Shown here piece after piece: positions 1 through 14,210 of a stretch of DNA of 64,000 nucleotides. Origin of the DNA: the human T2T-CHM13v2.0 reference genome, Homo sapiens; assembly GCF_009914755.1 (NCBI RefSeq), contig NC_060925.1. The stretch is one strand, 5' to 3'. The position numbers were made by a program, and so were the translations under genes. Every line of letters starts with the position of its first letter. Within the stretch, counting starts at the first letter, position 1. The notes under the pieces are model-generated. The model was given only the letters and a program-made list of their open reading frames with translations. It was not told where the DNA came from and made no database searches.

Positions 1-245
1 ATAGGGAACCCAGATTATATTGTAACTTATAGTCCCATGGCTAAACATTGAGTTTCTACTAGGTCTCAGTAGAAAACCAGAAGCTATTTCTTAAAGGAGA
101 AAAACCGTCTTACAGAAGATATATTTGCTTCAAAATCTTAATATATGAACTGTAATTCATCTATAGGGGCATGCAAAAGGTTTGACATAGTATCGGTATC
201 TGCCATAGTCACTTAGTACATCAGAACTGCTGGATAATGTGTGAA
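1..245 (-). mobile_element. ERVL-type internal (pol, RT/RNaseH connection) fossil fragment
   Basis: Minus strand reads, with stops and frameshifts, ..VTMADTDTMSNLLHAPIDELQ..SK..FSFKK*LLVFY*DLVETQCLAMGL*VTI.., matching ERV-L pol ..VSVADRDAVWSLWQAPIGESQ..WSK..SPFEKQLLACYWALVETERLTMGHQVT. Confidence 0.8.
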
Positions 246-932
246 ATTAGGAGGTATTTTTAAAAGCCCCAGCCAGATGCCTGTCACTTAAAAGAGAATA
301 TTCACTACTTTTAGTCTAAAGATCCTTGTTTTTATGGGAATACTCTATATTGGTTAAAAAAAAATGGGTCCCGCTTTGTGGTAGTTTTGACAGATTTTCA
401 AAATTTTACCTCCTTGACCTCTTCTTGCTTATGCTCTATACCCTGAAAACTCAAATATCTTTCTTCATCCCCAAAAGACAATCTTGAGACCAGTGCTTGG
501 GTGGTGAGATAATTTGTCACTTCTACAATCACTACCTCAGGAAATTATCTTTGTTTAGTTTGATTTTACATTTTCTGGAAGGGAATCACATCAGATGGCA
601 TACATTTTGAAATACTCAAGGATAGAAAATTGGAGTATTTGGTTGAGGAAGCAGAGAAAAATAGTCAGGAGGCAAGGCAAATTTGTCTGGTACTGCATGG
701 CTTCCTGTGTCTGCTTCTCCCTGCTCATCATTCTCTGTTCATTTTCTTTTTGGTAACTTGGCTTCCTCTTCTTTATTTACTGTCTCAGTTCTCCCTTCCT
801 CGACTGTATTTGCATCTCCAGTTTTGAAGTTATGTGACCTTTCAGCTCCAGAGCTTGTAACAACACACTGAATACAGTCAGTATCTGGAACTCTACATCC
901 ATTTTTCTCAGGAGAGGAATCTGACTGGGCTG

Positions 933-987
933 ACTTCCAAAGCAGAGACAGGTTGGTCTCTACTTTTCAAGCAGAGACAGGTTGGTC
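933..987. repeat. Short tandem duplication, 29-bp period
   Basis: aagcagagacaggttggtc occurs at 940-958 and 969-987. Confidence 0.85.
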
Positions 988-1024
988 ATCAGTCAGTGTA
1001 GCAGAAAGAGTTCTAGTTTGGGCA

Positions 1025-1072
1025 TGGAAGATGAACCAGATGACCTCCAATTCCTTTCAGCTCTAGGATTCA
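1025..1072 (+). mobile_element. MIR3/L3 (CR1) 3' tail fragment
   Basis: gatgaaccagatgacctccaattcctttcagctctaggattc resembles the CR1/MIR3 tail ggactagatgacctctaaggtcccttccagctct. Confidence 0.55.
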
Positions 1073-2257
1073 AGCAATATATCTTTGTTTAAAACTCTCT
1101 CCCTAGAAAATATCTTCCAACATAAACATCTACGTCATTACTCTTACTTCAATCTCTGTCAGAAGATTTGCTACTGTCATCACTGAAAAATGATGTCGAA
1201 CATTCCAGCAATTTCAATTCCTCAAAATGCCGGATGTTATATTATTAATCATATATATATATAAATATACATGTATTTACATATGTGCAGCATGAGATAT
1301 GTATGTTCAATGGTGCTAGATAAATTCTTTCAGAGAATAAGCTTTTTAGTGGGAGCATTTCCATGATAAATTAGTTAAATCCTACATGTAATCCACAGCT
1401 ATACTCTAGGCAACCTAGCAGTCAGTCTTTGTGTGACTACTATCATGAATTTGAGCTAGGTGCTTAATACATCTGGGTAACATTTCTAAGGAAACCATTC
1501 CCTTGGTATCTTTGTATTCATGAAGCTTTGTTTTGTTTTGTGGCTGACTTTAGGATACTATGTATTTAAGATAGGATTAACATAAAATGTTATTATTTTA
1601 AAATCCCAAAGAGAACAAAACCTAAAATTACCTGCATTTTCAATTAACTCCCCTTTAAAACGTGTATCAGTGTAAAAGTTTAGGCAAAGATTGAATGAGA
1701 CTGCTTCTGTGTGTCAAACTTCTGTTCTTTCAGCCACAATCAGAACACATTGATTAGACTTGATCTGTTTTGTTTCAGAGAAAAGCAATTAGACTATTTT
1801 TACTTCACTCTGTCTCTAGGGGTAAAAGGATGATGTCAAGCAGCATGCTGTTTTCTCTGGGGGAAAAACTAGCACCTTCTGCTGAGTCTCCCTTTCTCTT
1901 TCTAATCCAACTTTGAAAACTGCCCTTGTGAAGCAATAAAATGAAATTTCAAGAAGATGTTATGCCTCTTTTTCCATTTTTTCCCATTTAGGGATAATTC
2001 ACAAACAATAAAATGCAGTGACCTTAGAAATTCATGTTGAAGTTCAGGTAGACACATTTTGACAATTGTACATTCCTTTGTAAGTGGCACCCCAAATGAG
2101 ATATATAACACTTCCTTCACCCCAGAAAGTTTCTTCATGACTATTCTAGTGAATTAACTCTTGTTGCTCCTCCAGTACAATCCATTTTGATGTATATTAT
2201 GTAGATTAGTTTTGCCTATTCCTGGACTTCGTATAAGTTTGATAATTCAGAATGTGT

Positions 2258-2332
2258 CCTCCCTCCCTTCCCCCCTCCCTCCCTCCCTCCCCCCTCCCTC
2301 CCTCTCTTCCTTCCTTCCTTCCTTCCTTCTTT
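2258..2332. repeat. (CCCT)n/(CCTT)n polypyrimidine tract
   Basis: Pure C/T run seen directly, at the tail position of an Alu monomer. Confidence 0.9.
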
Positions 2333-2443
2333 CGACAGAGTCTTGCTACGTTGCCCAGGACTGACTCAAAACTTCTGGGACCATGCAAGCCTTCTGCTTC
2401 CTGAGTAACTGGGGACTACAGGCATGTACCACCATGCCGGACT
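2333..2443 (-). mobile_element. Alu monomer (FLAM/FAM-like)
   Basis: gacagagtcttgctacgttgcccagg...ctgagtaactggggactacaggcatgtaccaccatgcc. Confidence 0.75.
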
Positions 2444-3169
2444 CAAGCATGTATTCTATGTCTGTTTTTTTCTCACAATATGTTTTTGAGATTCATCCAT
2501 GTTGTTGCATATAACAATAGTACATTGTGCTATATTGTTTGGTAATATTCCATAACACAACATATTTCCCCAGTTTTTATTCATTCTCCTGTAAATGGAC
2601 ATTTCGGTCTTTCTTGTTACTGCCTTTTTAGAATAAGGCTACCATAGACATTCTTGCGCAATTCTTTTTTTGGACTTATTATTAATATTTCTTTTGGGCA
2701 TAAACCTAAAAGTAGAATTGCTAGTTTATAGGTTAGAAGTATACTTAATTTTATAACAAACTGCCTAACAGCTCTTGCAAGTGATTTTACCATTCTTCAC
2801 TCCCACAGACAATGTAGGAAAGTTCCAATTGTTCCACATTCTTGCCAACTTCTGGTATTGTCAGTCTTTTTGATCTTATGTATTGGGTACACAATGATGT
2901 CGCACTGTGATTTTAATTTGTACTTCGCTAATATCGAATAATGTTATTTGATTTTTTAAATTTATTTTTATTTATTCTTGGTCATTTTATATATCTTTTC
3001 TTGTAAAGCATCTGTTCAAGTGTTTCCAGTTTTTAAATAGTGTTGTTACTTTTTCTTAATTTAAAAGAATTCTATACATATTTTCCATGAGTCTTTTGTC
3101 AGAGAAAAAAAGTTTTATAAACTTTTTTCCCCAAATGTGCCTTAATTATTCATTTTCTTAATGACAATG

Positions 3170-3470
3170 GTGGTGATTAACTTCATGTATCAATTTGGCT
3201 AGGCTATAACACCCAGATATTCAATCAAATATTAACCTAGGTTTTTGTATTTGTGAATACAAATATACACTGTGTGTATCTGTGTAGTATTTTGTAGATG
3301 CAATTAACATCCATCATCAGTTGATTTTAAGTAAAGGAGGTAATGTGTATGGGTCTCATCTAATCAGTTGAAGGCCTTAAGAGCAAAAACTAAGGTTTTC
3401 CAAAGAAGGAGAAATTCTTCCTCCATACTGTATAGAAACCCTGCTTGAGTTTCTATCTCCTCATCCTGCT
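3170..3470 (+). mobile_element. MLT2 (MLT2D-like) ERVL LTR fragment
   Basis: gtgattaacttcatgtatcaatttggctaggctat...cccagatatt...ctcatctaatcagttgaaggccttaagagcaaaaactaagg. Confidence 0.8.
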
Positions 3471-3780
3471 ACAAACTTTTAAAATATTTTAATTTTAAAA
3501 TTTATAGTGCTCTTATGACTTTTGCAATAAATCTTTGCCTACCCCATGGTTGCAAAATTATTTTTCTATTTTTCTTTGAGTCTATGCTTCTGTGTCAGCA
3601 ATGTTTTGTTGTCTTTAGTCATGCATATAATCTATTAGACTTATTTATAAGTATTTAATATTTTTATATGTTCTTTTTAATGATTTAAAAAGTTATTTCC
3701 TAATCATTCATTGCTAGTACATGAAAATAGAATTCATTGTTGTATATTGACGTTGTATTATGGGACTTTGCTGAATTTTT

Positions 3781-4140
3781 TGTTACCTATTGTTGCTATA
3801 CAAATTATCCAAGCTTAGTGATTTAAAACACTACATATTTATTCTTTTTTAGTTTTGGAGTTACCAGTCCTAAAATGCGTTGGCAAGTCTGCATTCTTCT
3901 TGGAAGATCTAGGAAAGAATCTTTTTTCTTGCTTTTTCTAGCTTCTGGAAACCACATTCATTCCTTGGCCTGCATTCTCTTTCCTTACTTATGATCCCTT
4001 GTGATTATATTGTGACCATATAGATAATCCAGGATAATCTTCCCATTTTAAGATTCTTACTTAATCAGCTCTGCAAAGTCATTTTTACCATGTTTATTAA
4101 CATATTTACAGGCTCCAGGAATTAGGATGTAGACATCTCT
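3781..4140 (-). mobile_element. MLT1 (MLT1B/C-like) MaLR LTR
   Basis: cctattgttgctatacaaattatcc...ataatccaggataatcttcccattttaagattctt...ggaattaggatgtagacatct. Confidence 0.8.
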
Positions 4141-4145
4141 GTGTC

Positions 4146-4194
4146 TCTGTGTGTCTGTGGGTCTGTGTGTGTGTGTGTGTGTGTGTCTGTGTGT
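4146..4194. repeat. Imperfect (TG)n microsatellite
   Basis: Seen directly. Confidence 0.95.
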
Positions 4195-7100
4195 ATTGGG
4201 GGGCATCTGTCTCCCACATTTGCCTAGTTCTAATAAGTTTTACTTTCATGTTAACACAGCCACACCCACATTACCTTTCTTTCACTGGTGCTTGTATATC
4301 TTTCCTTATTTTTCATGTAAATAAACAATTATTGTCTTTTTATTTAAAGTGTGCCTCTTGTAAACAGCATATAAATTGATTTTGCTTTTCATAAAAATCT
4401 AATCTAACAGTCTCTTCCACTTCCATTTAATTAGAATGTTCATTCCATTTATATTTATTATAATTATGGACATAGTTGGATTTAACTCAAAACTATTAAC
4501 ATTGTTTTCTATGACTTCCAACTTTTTAAAATCTCTTCATTTCTTGTTTCCTGTGTTTCTTTTAGGAAACCAAGTATTTTTTGTATTCCATTTTTATACT
4601 GTATTGATTTTTTGCTATCCTTATCTGTTACGTTTTGGTGATTTTTCTAGAGATTTGAAAATGCATTTTATCATAGTTAATAATATTTAAATTAATATTT
4701 TATTATTTCCCAGACAAAATAAAAACCTTATATGCACACATTTCCTATGTCCCCTCCCTACCATTTCCTCCTGGGTTGTCATGTATTTTACTTATGTACA
4801 CATTGTTATTATTTTTACTAGAAATCATTGATAGCCTTTTAAACAAAAGTCTTATCTTTGCCTTTATATTTACTCTCTCTGTTGTTTTTAGTTTTTATTC
4901 CTGATCTTTGCTCTGTTATTAATTTTCTTTAGCTTGGAGACTTCTATTAGCATTAATTGTAGGGCAGTTTGGCTGAAAATTTATTTTCTCAGCTTCTTTC
5001 TAAATGTTTAAAAATATCTCTATTTCGCCTTCATAATTGTTGAATTTTATTGGATATATAATTTTAGGATAAATTTTTCCTTTCCTTAGGTTCTTTTAAT
5101 ATGTTGCTCAACTTCCTTCTGGTCTCATTTTTTTTTCTGATGATGTCAGCCATCAATCACTCATTATTTCTTAATATGTAATACATCCCACTTTGGATTG
5201 TTTTCTCTTTTTCTTTGATTTTCACAATCCTGACTATGTAGTGCCTAAGTATGGTTTTCTTTAAATTTATCTTGCTTGGTGATTGCTTTACTTTTGAATC
5301 CTAGGATTGATGTCTTTCTTTGACTTTGAGAAATTCTCAATCATTTCTTTCTCAGTCAAATATTTCTTCTGCTCCACTTCCCTCTTTCTCTCTTAGATTC
5401 TAATTATTCTTATGATAGACCAGTTAAGATTTTAATATTGTTACACATATCTTATATACCAAGTTTTGATTTTCCATTTATTTTTTCTTTGAATTTCAGT
5501 TTAGACAATTTATAAACTTATATTCAACTTCACTGATTATTTCCAATCCTGTTTCAAGTCTTATGTGTAGCTCACTGTTAAATATTGTTTATTTCTGATA
5601 CCTTTTTGTATTTCCATTTGAGTTTCTTTGGTTCCCTTCTCTCTGGTTAAATTCCCCAACTGTTCATGCATGTTGCCTACCTTTCCCTAAAGTTCTTTAG
5701 CATATTTAAATACAAGAACATAGCATTTAAAAATCCTTATCTCATAATGCCAACACCTGCAACATTTCTAGATCTGCTTCTATTGTATCCTCTCTTAATT
5801 GTAGGTGACATTTTCTTGATTCTTTGCATGTCTCATAATTTCTAATTATATTTAACACTAGAGACTGAAATAAATATTTATTTTCCCCAAAATGACATAT
5901 GCCCTTCTATCAGGCTGCTGGAGTGTCCAGTGATTATTACTAATCAGATAATTGAGGTGAGTTTGGACTTTGTGGTAGTTTTAGTTAGGTGCAAATCATC
6001 ACTAGCTTCAAATGTCTGACGGACTCCAGAGATTTCTTTATGCATTAGAGTCTGGCTACTAGCTGTACAAATTGAGGCAGTCTCTCGCTCCTTTACAGCT
6101 CAGCTGCTTGTTTTGTCAGTGACTCATGAGTTCTCTTTTCATACCAGCTTCACCCTTGGCATTCTTTACCTTAGGAGTAACTCCCTCTACTCTGTCTCCT
6201 TGCATTGACTTTTGGAAGACCTCTGCGTTATGCCAGGTCAAAGTTCAAAGTGTCCTGAAAAAAAATTTTTTTTTTTTTCAGTTCTGCTACCCTTTCTCGG
6301 ATTTTTTTTTTATTCAGTGACTTTACTATATGAAGGCTCATGGTGTACCCCAGAGAGATTCCCCTTAGCTTTCTTATTCCACCTTGCCACTGACTAACAC
6401 TAGGGGAGCCCTACAAATTACAGGAGGAGAGCTGTCAAAATTCCTGTCTTGCTCTGGCCCTTGGGGTGTTGCATCCATGTGCTTAGTGAGGTGTCATGGG
6501 AAAGTGTTGGCAAGGAGATGCAGATTCACGCTGTACTTTCTAGTGATTCTAATCTCTCACACTAGCCCACATGTGGTCATTATGAGTTTGTAAAAGTTTT
6601 GCTGTTTCATCTTTTTAAAACTCCTCTGCCTCTCCAACAGCACTGTAAACAGCTATCAGTTTCCTTCCCTAAAATTCATCACATTCTGAAATTGTATTTT
6701 TCCTCAGTTCTCTTATTGGTTTATAATCTATGACTTTGTAATTTAACTGGCTCATTGATAAGGTGGGAAAAATGGTACCTTATAACTTTCTGAATCCTAA
6801 CCAAAATTGGAGGTTCTTTCTTGATCCCTTTTAAATGTAATTTTTAAAAAAACAGACTAGTTATTTGAGACTATGAGTGACCATGATATTTACAGTAAAA
6901 TTTTATTTCTTCTTTTCATTCCCTAGCTGAAGATATTATGAGAGATTTAAAGGTAAAATTACATACAGTTATGCGATTGGATGCCATCTGTGATTTGTGT
7001 ACATCTACTGGTGAATGCTCAGCATGTAAAAGTGTGCTTCTATATGGTGGCCTAAAGCAAAAAACTCTCAAAAAATAACAAATACACCTAACAGGCATGG

Positions 7101-8149
7101 AACAATTCTTAAGGAAACAAAATAAGATGTGAGTATGAGGTTATTGTCCCCAGTGATTCTTATACATTGTCAGATTTTGTCACCCATGCTATAATCCATG
7201 GCATAAGAAGTGAGTTGTTCTTGTTTGAATAACAGCAACTGCTTTCTTATAAACATTCTCACCAGCAAAATAAGATGTTATGACTACTCCAGAATGACCC
7301 TCTCAAAGGAACATCTTTTCTTTATGTGAAATAAAGAAAACTGAAAGCATAGGTGGAAGGTAAATGGTAATAACAACACCTGAAATTCACAATTTTAAAA
7401 ACATAAATGAAAGAGACAACCAAGCACTAATGTGACTGTTTGAAAAGTTAGAGAAATTGAAAGAAGAGTTAGGTCACAAACAAGTACTGTGCTGGCATGC
7501 AGGCACCAAAATGAGTGATTTTACCAGGTAAATAGGAAACAGGAGAGTTTTGCATGTGCAGGACACTATGTGGAACATGGGAAATTTCTTAGAAGCATTG
7601 GAGTCGATATACTTTTGCAGAAAAGGAGTTAAAATTTCCAATAGCAGATGGCTTGAATCAGTGAGCAAAAGCTGTGGATGAAGCCCATGGTAATAAAACA
7701 TGGTTCAAGTCAGAGAATATGCTCAAATCAAATGAGATGCCTATAGACCTTTAACCATAGCAGTGCTAGCAAAACCTCTGTAACCCTTAATGCATAAAAT
7801 AAATTATTTTGAAGATTACCACACAAATAATAATGCTATAGAAATACTCATGAAAACAAAATATTTGACTACAATAACTATATGAAAACAACTGATTTTT
7901 CCTTAAATAACCATATAACCCATGCTTGGAGGCTATCATGCTATTTAGTGATTAAGCTCAAGAAGCAATGTCTTTTAGTCGTCTGAAGCTGGGGAAGAAA
8001 ACAAAAGGCCAATTTCTTGTTTTACCCTGTGTATAGGTGATAGTGAGGGCAAGAAGTTTGTTGTGTGTGGGTGGGGCAGGGGAAGGAAAGGAGGAACAAA
8101 CTTCTCTTTAATTTTTTTCTCAAGATAAGAAAGAGAAATTTCTTTGATG

Positions 8150-8151
<2 letters not shown>

Positions 8152-8180
<29 letters not shown>
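8152..8180. repeat. (AC)n microsatellite
   Basis: Seen directly. Confidence 0.95.
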
Positions 8181-8183
<3 letters not shown>

Positions 8184-8465
8184 GCAGTAGAGCCATTTTG
8201 AAACTATGAGCGAGGAAACTATTTTATTTTTAAGTAACTGTACAGTGAAGGACTGTAGAATTACAAAGCACAGCGAATCTATATCATTTACTGAGTATTT
8301 CATATTATTCTTTCTCGGGCCTTTTTCTGATTTGCTACTAATGTGGAAAATATAAACTCTAAGATAAGATATTTTTGTGCTTCTGGCAGAGAAAATAAGC
8401 AAAAATAAATACATATTGCAATCATTTACAAACACAGCTTAAACATATTGCAATAATTGCATTAA

Positions 8466-8772
<307 letters not shown>

Positions 8773-8895
8773 AAGATGTTGGAGTTTTGAGGGAAACCAC
8801 TGATAATGTATTTTTCTTACCCAAGTTTGGTACCATTTGAGAAATAAATACAAAAATCAGTGAGAAGGAAGAGAAATTAAGAGTTTTTCTACTGA

Positions 8896-10317
8896 TAACC
8901 AAAACAGCATGGTACTGGTACCAAAACAGATATATAGACCAATGGAACAGAACAGAGACCTCAGAAATAATGCCACACATCTAAACCATCTGATCTTTGA
9001 CAAATCTGACAAAAACAAGCAATGGAGAAAAGATTCCCTATTTAATAAATGGTGCTGGGAAAACTGGCTAGCCATATACAGAAAACAGAAACTAGACCCC
9101 TTTCTTACACCTTATACAAAAATTAGCTTAAGTTGGATTAAAGACTTAAATGTACAATCCCAAACCATAAAAACCCTAGAAGAAAACCTAGGCAATGCCA
9201 TTCAGGACATAGGCATGGGCAAACACTTCATGACTAAAACACCAAAAGCAACTGCAACAAAAGCCAAAATTGACAAATGGGATCTAATCAAACTAAAGAG
9301 CTTCAACATAACAACAGAAACTATCATCAGAGTGAACAGGCAACCTAAAGAATGGGACAATTTTTGCAGTCTACCCACTGGACAAAGGTATAATATCCAG
9401 AATTTACAAGGAACTTAAACAAATTTACAAGAAAAAAACAAACAACCCCATCAAAAAGTGGGTGAAGGATATGAACAGACACTTGTCAAAAGAAGACATT
9501 TGTGCAGCCAACAAACTATGAAAAAAAGCTCATCATCGCTGGTCATTAGAGAAATAAAACCAAAACCACAGTGAGATACCATCTCACACCAGTCAGAATG
9601 GCCATTATTAAAAAAATCAGGAAACAAGAGATACTGGCGAGGATGTGGAGAAATAGGAATGTTTTTACACTGTTGGTGGGAGGGTAAATTAGTTCAATCA
9701 TTGTGGAAGACAGTGTGGCAATTCCCCAAGGATCTAGAACCAGGAATACCATTTGACCTAGCAATCCCATTACTGGGTATATACCCAACGCATTATAAAT
9801 CATTCTACTGTAAAGACACATGCACACATACGTTTTTTGTAGCACTATTTACAATAACAAAGACTTGGAACCAACCCAAATACCCATTAATGATAGACTG
9901 GATACAGAAAATGTGGCACATATATACCATGGAATAGTATGCAGCCATAAAAAAGAATAAGTTCATATCCTTTGCAGGGACATGGATGAAGCTGGAAGCC
10001 ACCATTCTCAGCAAACTAACACAGGAGCAGAAAACTAAAACCACATGTTCTCACTCATAAGTGGGAGTTGAACAATGAGAACACATGGACATAGGGAAGG
10101 GAAACATCACGCACCGTGGCCTGTCAGGGGACGGGGGTCAGGGGGAGGGAGAGCATTAGGACAAATACCTAATGCATATGGGGCTTAAAACCTAGATGAC
10201 AGGTTGATAGGTGCAGCAAACCACCATGGCACATGTATACCTATGTAACAAACCTGCAAGTTCTACACATGTATCCCAGAACTTAAAGTAAAATAAAAAA
10301 TAAAATTAAATTAAATA
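8896..10317 (+). mobile_element. 5'-truncated L1PA8-like element (ORF2 C-terminus, 3' UTR, polyA)
   Basis: ORF2 peptides (..[27 protein letters not shown].., ..[15 protein letters not shown]..); 3' UTR gggagagcattaggacaaatacctaatgc..ggggcttaaaacctagatgac; 17-bp TSD aagagtttttctactga (8879-8895) / aagagctttgctactga (10318-10334). Confidence 0.95.
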
Positions 10318-10699
10318 AAGAGCTTTGCTACTGAATTGAAGACAGGAAATACATGTGTGGCCACAATAGTCTTGCTAATACTTTACCTTCTACTTAGACA
10401 AACTTAGTTCCTAGTCATGGCATGGCTGAACAGCTGTAGGCCTTGACCCATTGAGACCCTGCCCCTAAATCCTGCAGCATGGAATAGCAGAAAATGTATA
10501 TGCCTCATAAGTAGCTACTTCAAGAGAGAGACAAGAAGGGATTGAACAGAATACTTTTTTTTTTTCTCTGAAACACACCAATTAAGCAAGTAATCTCTCC
10601 TCCTCATGTGTCCATGAGAGAATGGGAGAGAAACCAAGAATGTTATCCTTGCAGAAGTCTCTTCTCCTGGAAATATGTATGATCCAATGAACATAGGTT

Positions 10700-10835
10700 A
10701 TTTAATACTCTTATTATAACTTTATCAACAAGAAAAATTTACCCTAAATTATACATGAAGAAACTGAGGCCAAAAGACTCAAATATTTTGCCCAGATTAA
10801 AAGAGCTAGTGTAATAGAGGACTTACACTTGGTTA
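10700..10835 (-). mobile_element. MIR fragment
   Basis: acatgaagaaactgaggc...ttgcccagatt..agagctagt. Confidence 0.65.
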
Positions 10836-11304
10836 AAGTGTTCTCATTCCATGCTCTCAAAAAACAGTAGTTTTCAATTTGTTCTCAGAGACACTAGTGT
10901 GTCTTGGTAATCTTTACTTTAGTCTCCAAAATATTCTTAATCTTAAGTTTAAGAGAGTCACTTCATTGCCCACTTCAGAACACATTTTTTTCTGCATTTA
11001 TGGGTGACTATTAATTCCATGCCCTATGCCAAATTGAGATTTAATATGAAAAAATCACAGATTGGAGGAAATTCACCTATTTCCTGAAGTCAATGAACCA
11101 AGTATCTTTGCCCATTTTGATGACTTCATGTAGCAAGGTCATGGTATAATGGACTAGAAAGCATGCCTTCTTTACAGTTGCCATTGTAGTTCTTATTACT
11201 CAGACAGCCACACTTGTAGCACTGAACTCTGAAAGCCTCTCCACGCAGGGGCCTGGCCCTCTATAAAAGTAATGGCTGGAGAAAATAGCACATGCATCCT
11301 GTGA

Positions 11305-11634
<330 letters not shown>

Positions 11635-11854
11635 TGACTTCCATGAGGAAGAAATCATCAATGTGTGTTAAAAAGCATAGCTATAAGCACACATTGTCCC
11701 TGCACAAAATGTTAAGTTTGAATGTGTTCTGTTATCCAAATTTCCTCTAGTCTAGTTTTTCAGATTTATATTCTGTGAATATATTTGTAAAGCCAAAACA
11801 GTGGACCTCGTTGTTCATTAAACACTCCCTGTGCTCTGTCACATTTGTGACTGT

Positions 11855-12960
11855 GCTCTCATTAACAAATATTTATTATGTACCCGACACATGCCAGACA
11901 CTCCTTAAGGCACTTGGGATATATTTGAAAACAAAACATACAAAAATTCTTGTCACTGGAGATTTTATATTCTAGTGGGAGATGGATAATAAACTATATG
12001 TAAAATATATGTTGGCAAAAGCATTTTAGAAAGTGCTATGTGCTGTGAAAGTAGAGCAGGATAACAAAACAAGAAATACCAGAAGCATTGTGGAAAGGAG
12101 AAGACATTTTTGAAACAATGGTCAAGGTAAGGTTCATTGAAAACTTGACATCTATATTGGCTTTCTAGGGTTTCTGAAACAAATCACCACAAACCAGGTG
12201 ACTTACAAATACCGAAGTTTATTCTTTCACAGTTCTAGAGGCCACAACTCCTAAATCAAGGCCTTGGTAGGACTGCATTCCTTCTAGGGTCTCCAGGAGA
12301 GAATCCCTCCTTGCTTCTTAGCTTCTGATGGCTCCAGGCACTCATTGGTTTGTGATTGCATCACTCTGATCTCTGTCTCTCCCTTCATATGGCCTCCTTT
12401 CTATGTGTATCTCTTCTCAGTCTCTTATAAGGCTACTTATCACTAGATTTAGAGCACATCCAGGTAATCCAGGATGTCCTTGTCTTAAGATCTTTAACTT
12501 AATTATATCTGCAAAGGTCCTTTTTCCAAATAAGTGTACATTCACAAGTTCTGGGTGTTAGGATTTGGAGATCGCTTTTGTGGGGGGCACCATTCAAGCC
12601 ACTGCCACATCCAAGGAAAGATTTGGAGCAGGTGAGAGAGTCAGCCATGTGGTTATTTGTGAGAAGAATGATCCAGGTAGGGGAATAGGAAGAGTAAAGT
12701 CTTCAAGGTATGTGTGTGCCCGGCATATCCAAAGAGTGTCAAAGGGGCCATTATGGCGGAGTACAGTGAGAATCAGAAAAGGTGACTAAGATGAGGCAGC
12801 TGGGGAGACAGGAAAAATCCAAGGCTGCAATGTCCTAGTAGTCAAGTGAAGAAACAGTCAGAAGGAATAGTTAACTGTGTGTAGTGATGCTGATGGGTCA
12901 AATAAGATAAGTCTGATTAACTTGAAGGTCACGTGTAATTTTGATAAAAAACTTTTCCTA
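11855..12960 (-). mobile_element. L2 fragments, interrupted by MLT1C
   Basis: Antisense L2 3' end cattaacaaatatttattatgtacc...tgccagaca; L2-type sequence resumes after 12610. Confidence 0.75.
12153..12609 (-). mobile_element. MLT1C-like MaLR LTR
   Basis: aacaaatcaccacaaaccaggtgactta...ctttttccaaataag...ggggggcaccattcaagccactgccaca. Confidence 0.88.
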
Positions 12961-13019
12961 ATTGAGGGAATTCAAATCACATCTATTCCACAAAGCAAAA
13001 CTCGATGACACATCTATGA

Positions 13020-13242
13020 AAGTTTCCCTGACTTTACTACTGCCACAGTAGTGAATTTAAATATTTTAGCACTATCTTTCACCTTTGTTTTAAAGTGGTT
13101 TGTGAGCTTATTTTACTTTTCTTACCAGATTTCAGACTTATTATGGATAGAGCTTACTTTAAATTTATCTTTGTGTCCCCAAAGGGCTTAATATAGTGTC
13201 CTAAGTGGTTCATAGTAAATATTCACTGAATAAATGAATGAA
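13020..13242 (+). mobile_element. L2 3' end
   Basis: Ends agtaaatattcactgaataaatgaatgaa. Confidence 0.75.
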
Positions 13243-14093
13243 CTCTAATTATGGTCACATTACCAGAATTTCTATCTAAAAAAGGGTAATCTTCTTTAGG
13301 AACAATCCATTGTCAAACTGAAGGAAATTATTTTTCATTGTCTACTTTTTTCACTATGACAGTTAGTTGAAAACTCTGCTGCAACATGATATTCAACACA
13401 AAGCTTTTAAAGACTGTAAAAAAAAAAAAGATATTCTGACATGTAAGAAAAGAAAAGAACAGTTTTTTTTCTTTTTCATTCTACATCTTGAGTTTTGTCT
13501 TGCTGAAGTCATAGCACCAAGTCCATTCTTTCCATTCTTAGTTCCAGAGAGAAATGATATGGCATATTGCCTGGCATATAAAGTTTGCCCTGCAGCATAA
13601 AATTATAAGAGTTTTGATCATAATTGTGCCTAACTGGAACAAGAAACATTTTCTTATAGTATAATTTTGTATGGCTTGTCATTGTGTGAAGGCAGAGTGT
13701 GGTGCAAATGAAGTGATGGAGGCGAGGTCCATATGAAATCGTTCTGAACCTCCAACAACGCAGTCACTGTTTGCCAAGACAGGATGTCAAGGTTATTTCT
13801 GGCAGATTCAGTGACAGCAGTGCCTGTGATGCCCCAAAAGAGAGAGAGAGCTGACATTTTTCCCATAGTACTTAGTTATTAAATCATAAAATAGAAATTA
13901 TTTTTGACCCTGTATCCTCAATCATTTTCAATAAAATACTAAAATTCTGCTTACTGGATTATTTTTCCTATTCTACCAGTATAGGAACATTTATGGGTAG
14001 AGGTGGCTCTTTTTATTTCTTTGCCCGTGTTTTGCTTTATTATCCCAGAATCTACCTTTAAAGATAATGCAGACAAGTTGGCAGATACCTTTC

Positions 14094-14210
14094 CTCCTGT
14101 GTTGATATTAACTGATATCTGAACAGTGTCTTGAGACAAAGCTGCCTTCTACTCCTGTGTTGATATTAACTGATATCTAAACAGTGTCTTGAGACAAAGC
14201 TGCCTTCTAC
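14094..14210. repeat. 58-bp tandem duplication (2 copies, 1 mismatch)
   Basis: ctcctgtgttgatattaactgatatct(g/a)aacagtgtcttgagacaaagctgccttcta at 14094-14151 and 14152-14209. Confidence 0.97.

Larger units (their letters stand above)
2445..6796 (-). mobile_element. Old L1M (L1MD/L1ME-like), decayed, from 3' UTR to apparent 5' end; interrupted by MLT2 and MLT1 LTRs
   Basis: T-rich antisense L1 motifs (gagattcatccatgttgttgcat, aaaagtagaattgctag, ttgtaaacagcatata, tgactttgagaaattctc) and an L1M-like 5' terminus near 6790. Confidence 0.75.

Noticed and set aside
600-930. Possible ancient MLT1-type LTR
   Set aside because: Only one short motif (ggagaggaatctgactgg) recognised; too weak to call
8022-8435. 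137-aa minus ORF
   Set aside because: Low-complexity, runs through the (AC)n repeat; non-ATG start
8909-9418. 169-aa ORF, the longest in the window
   Set aside because: Broken L1 ORF2 fragment, not a gene
11240-11280. TATA-like ctataaaag next to a short GC patch
   Set aside because: No CpG island or supporting initiator/exon structure; expected by chance in AT-rich DNA
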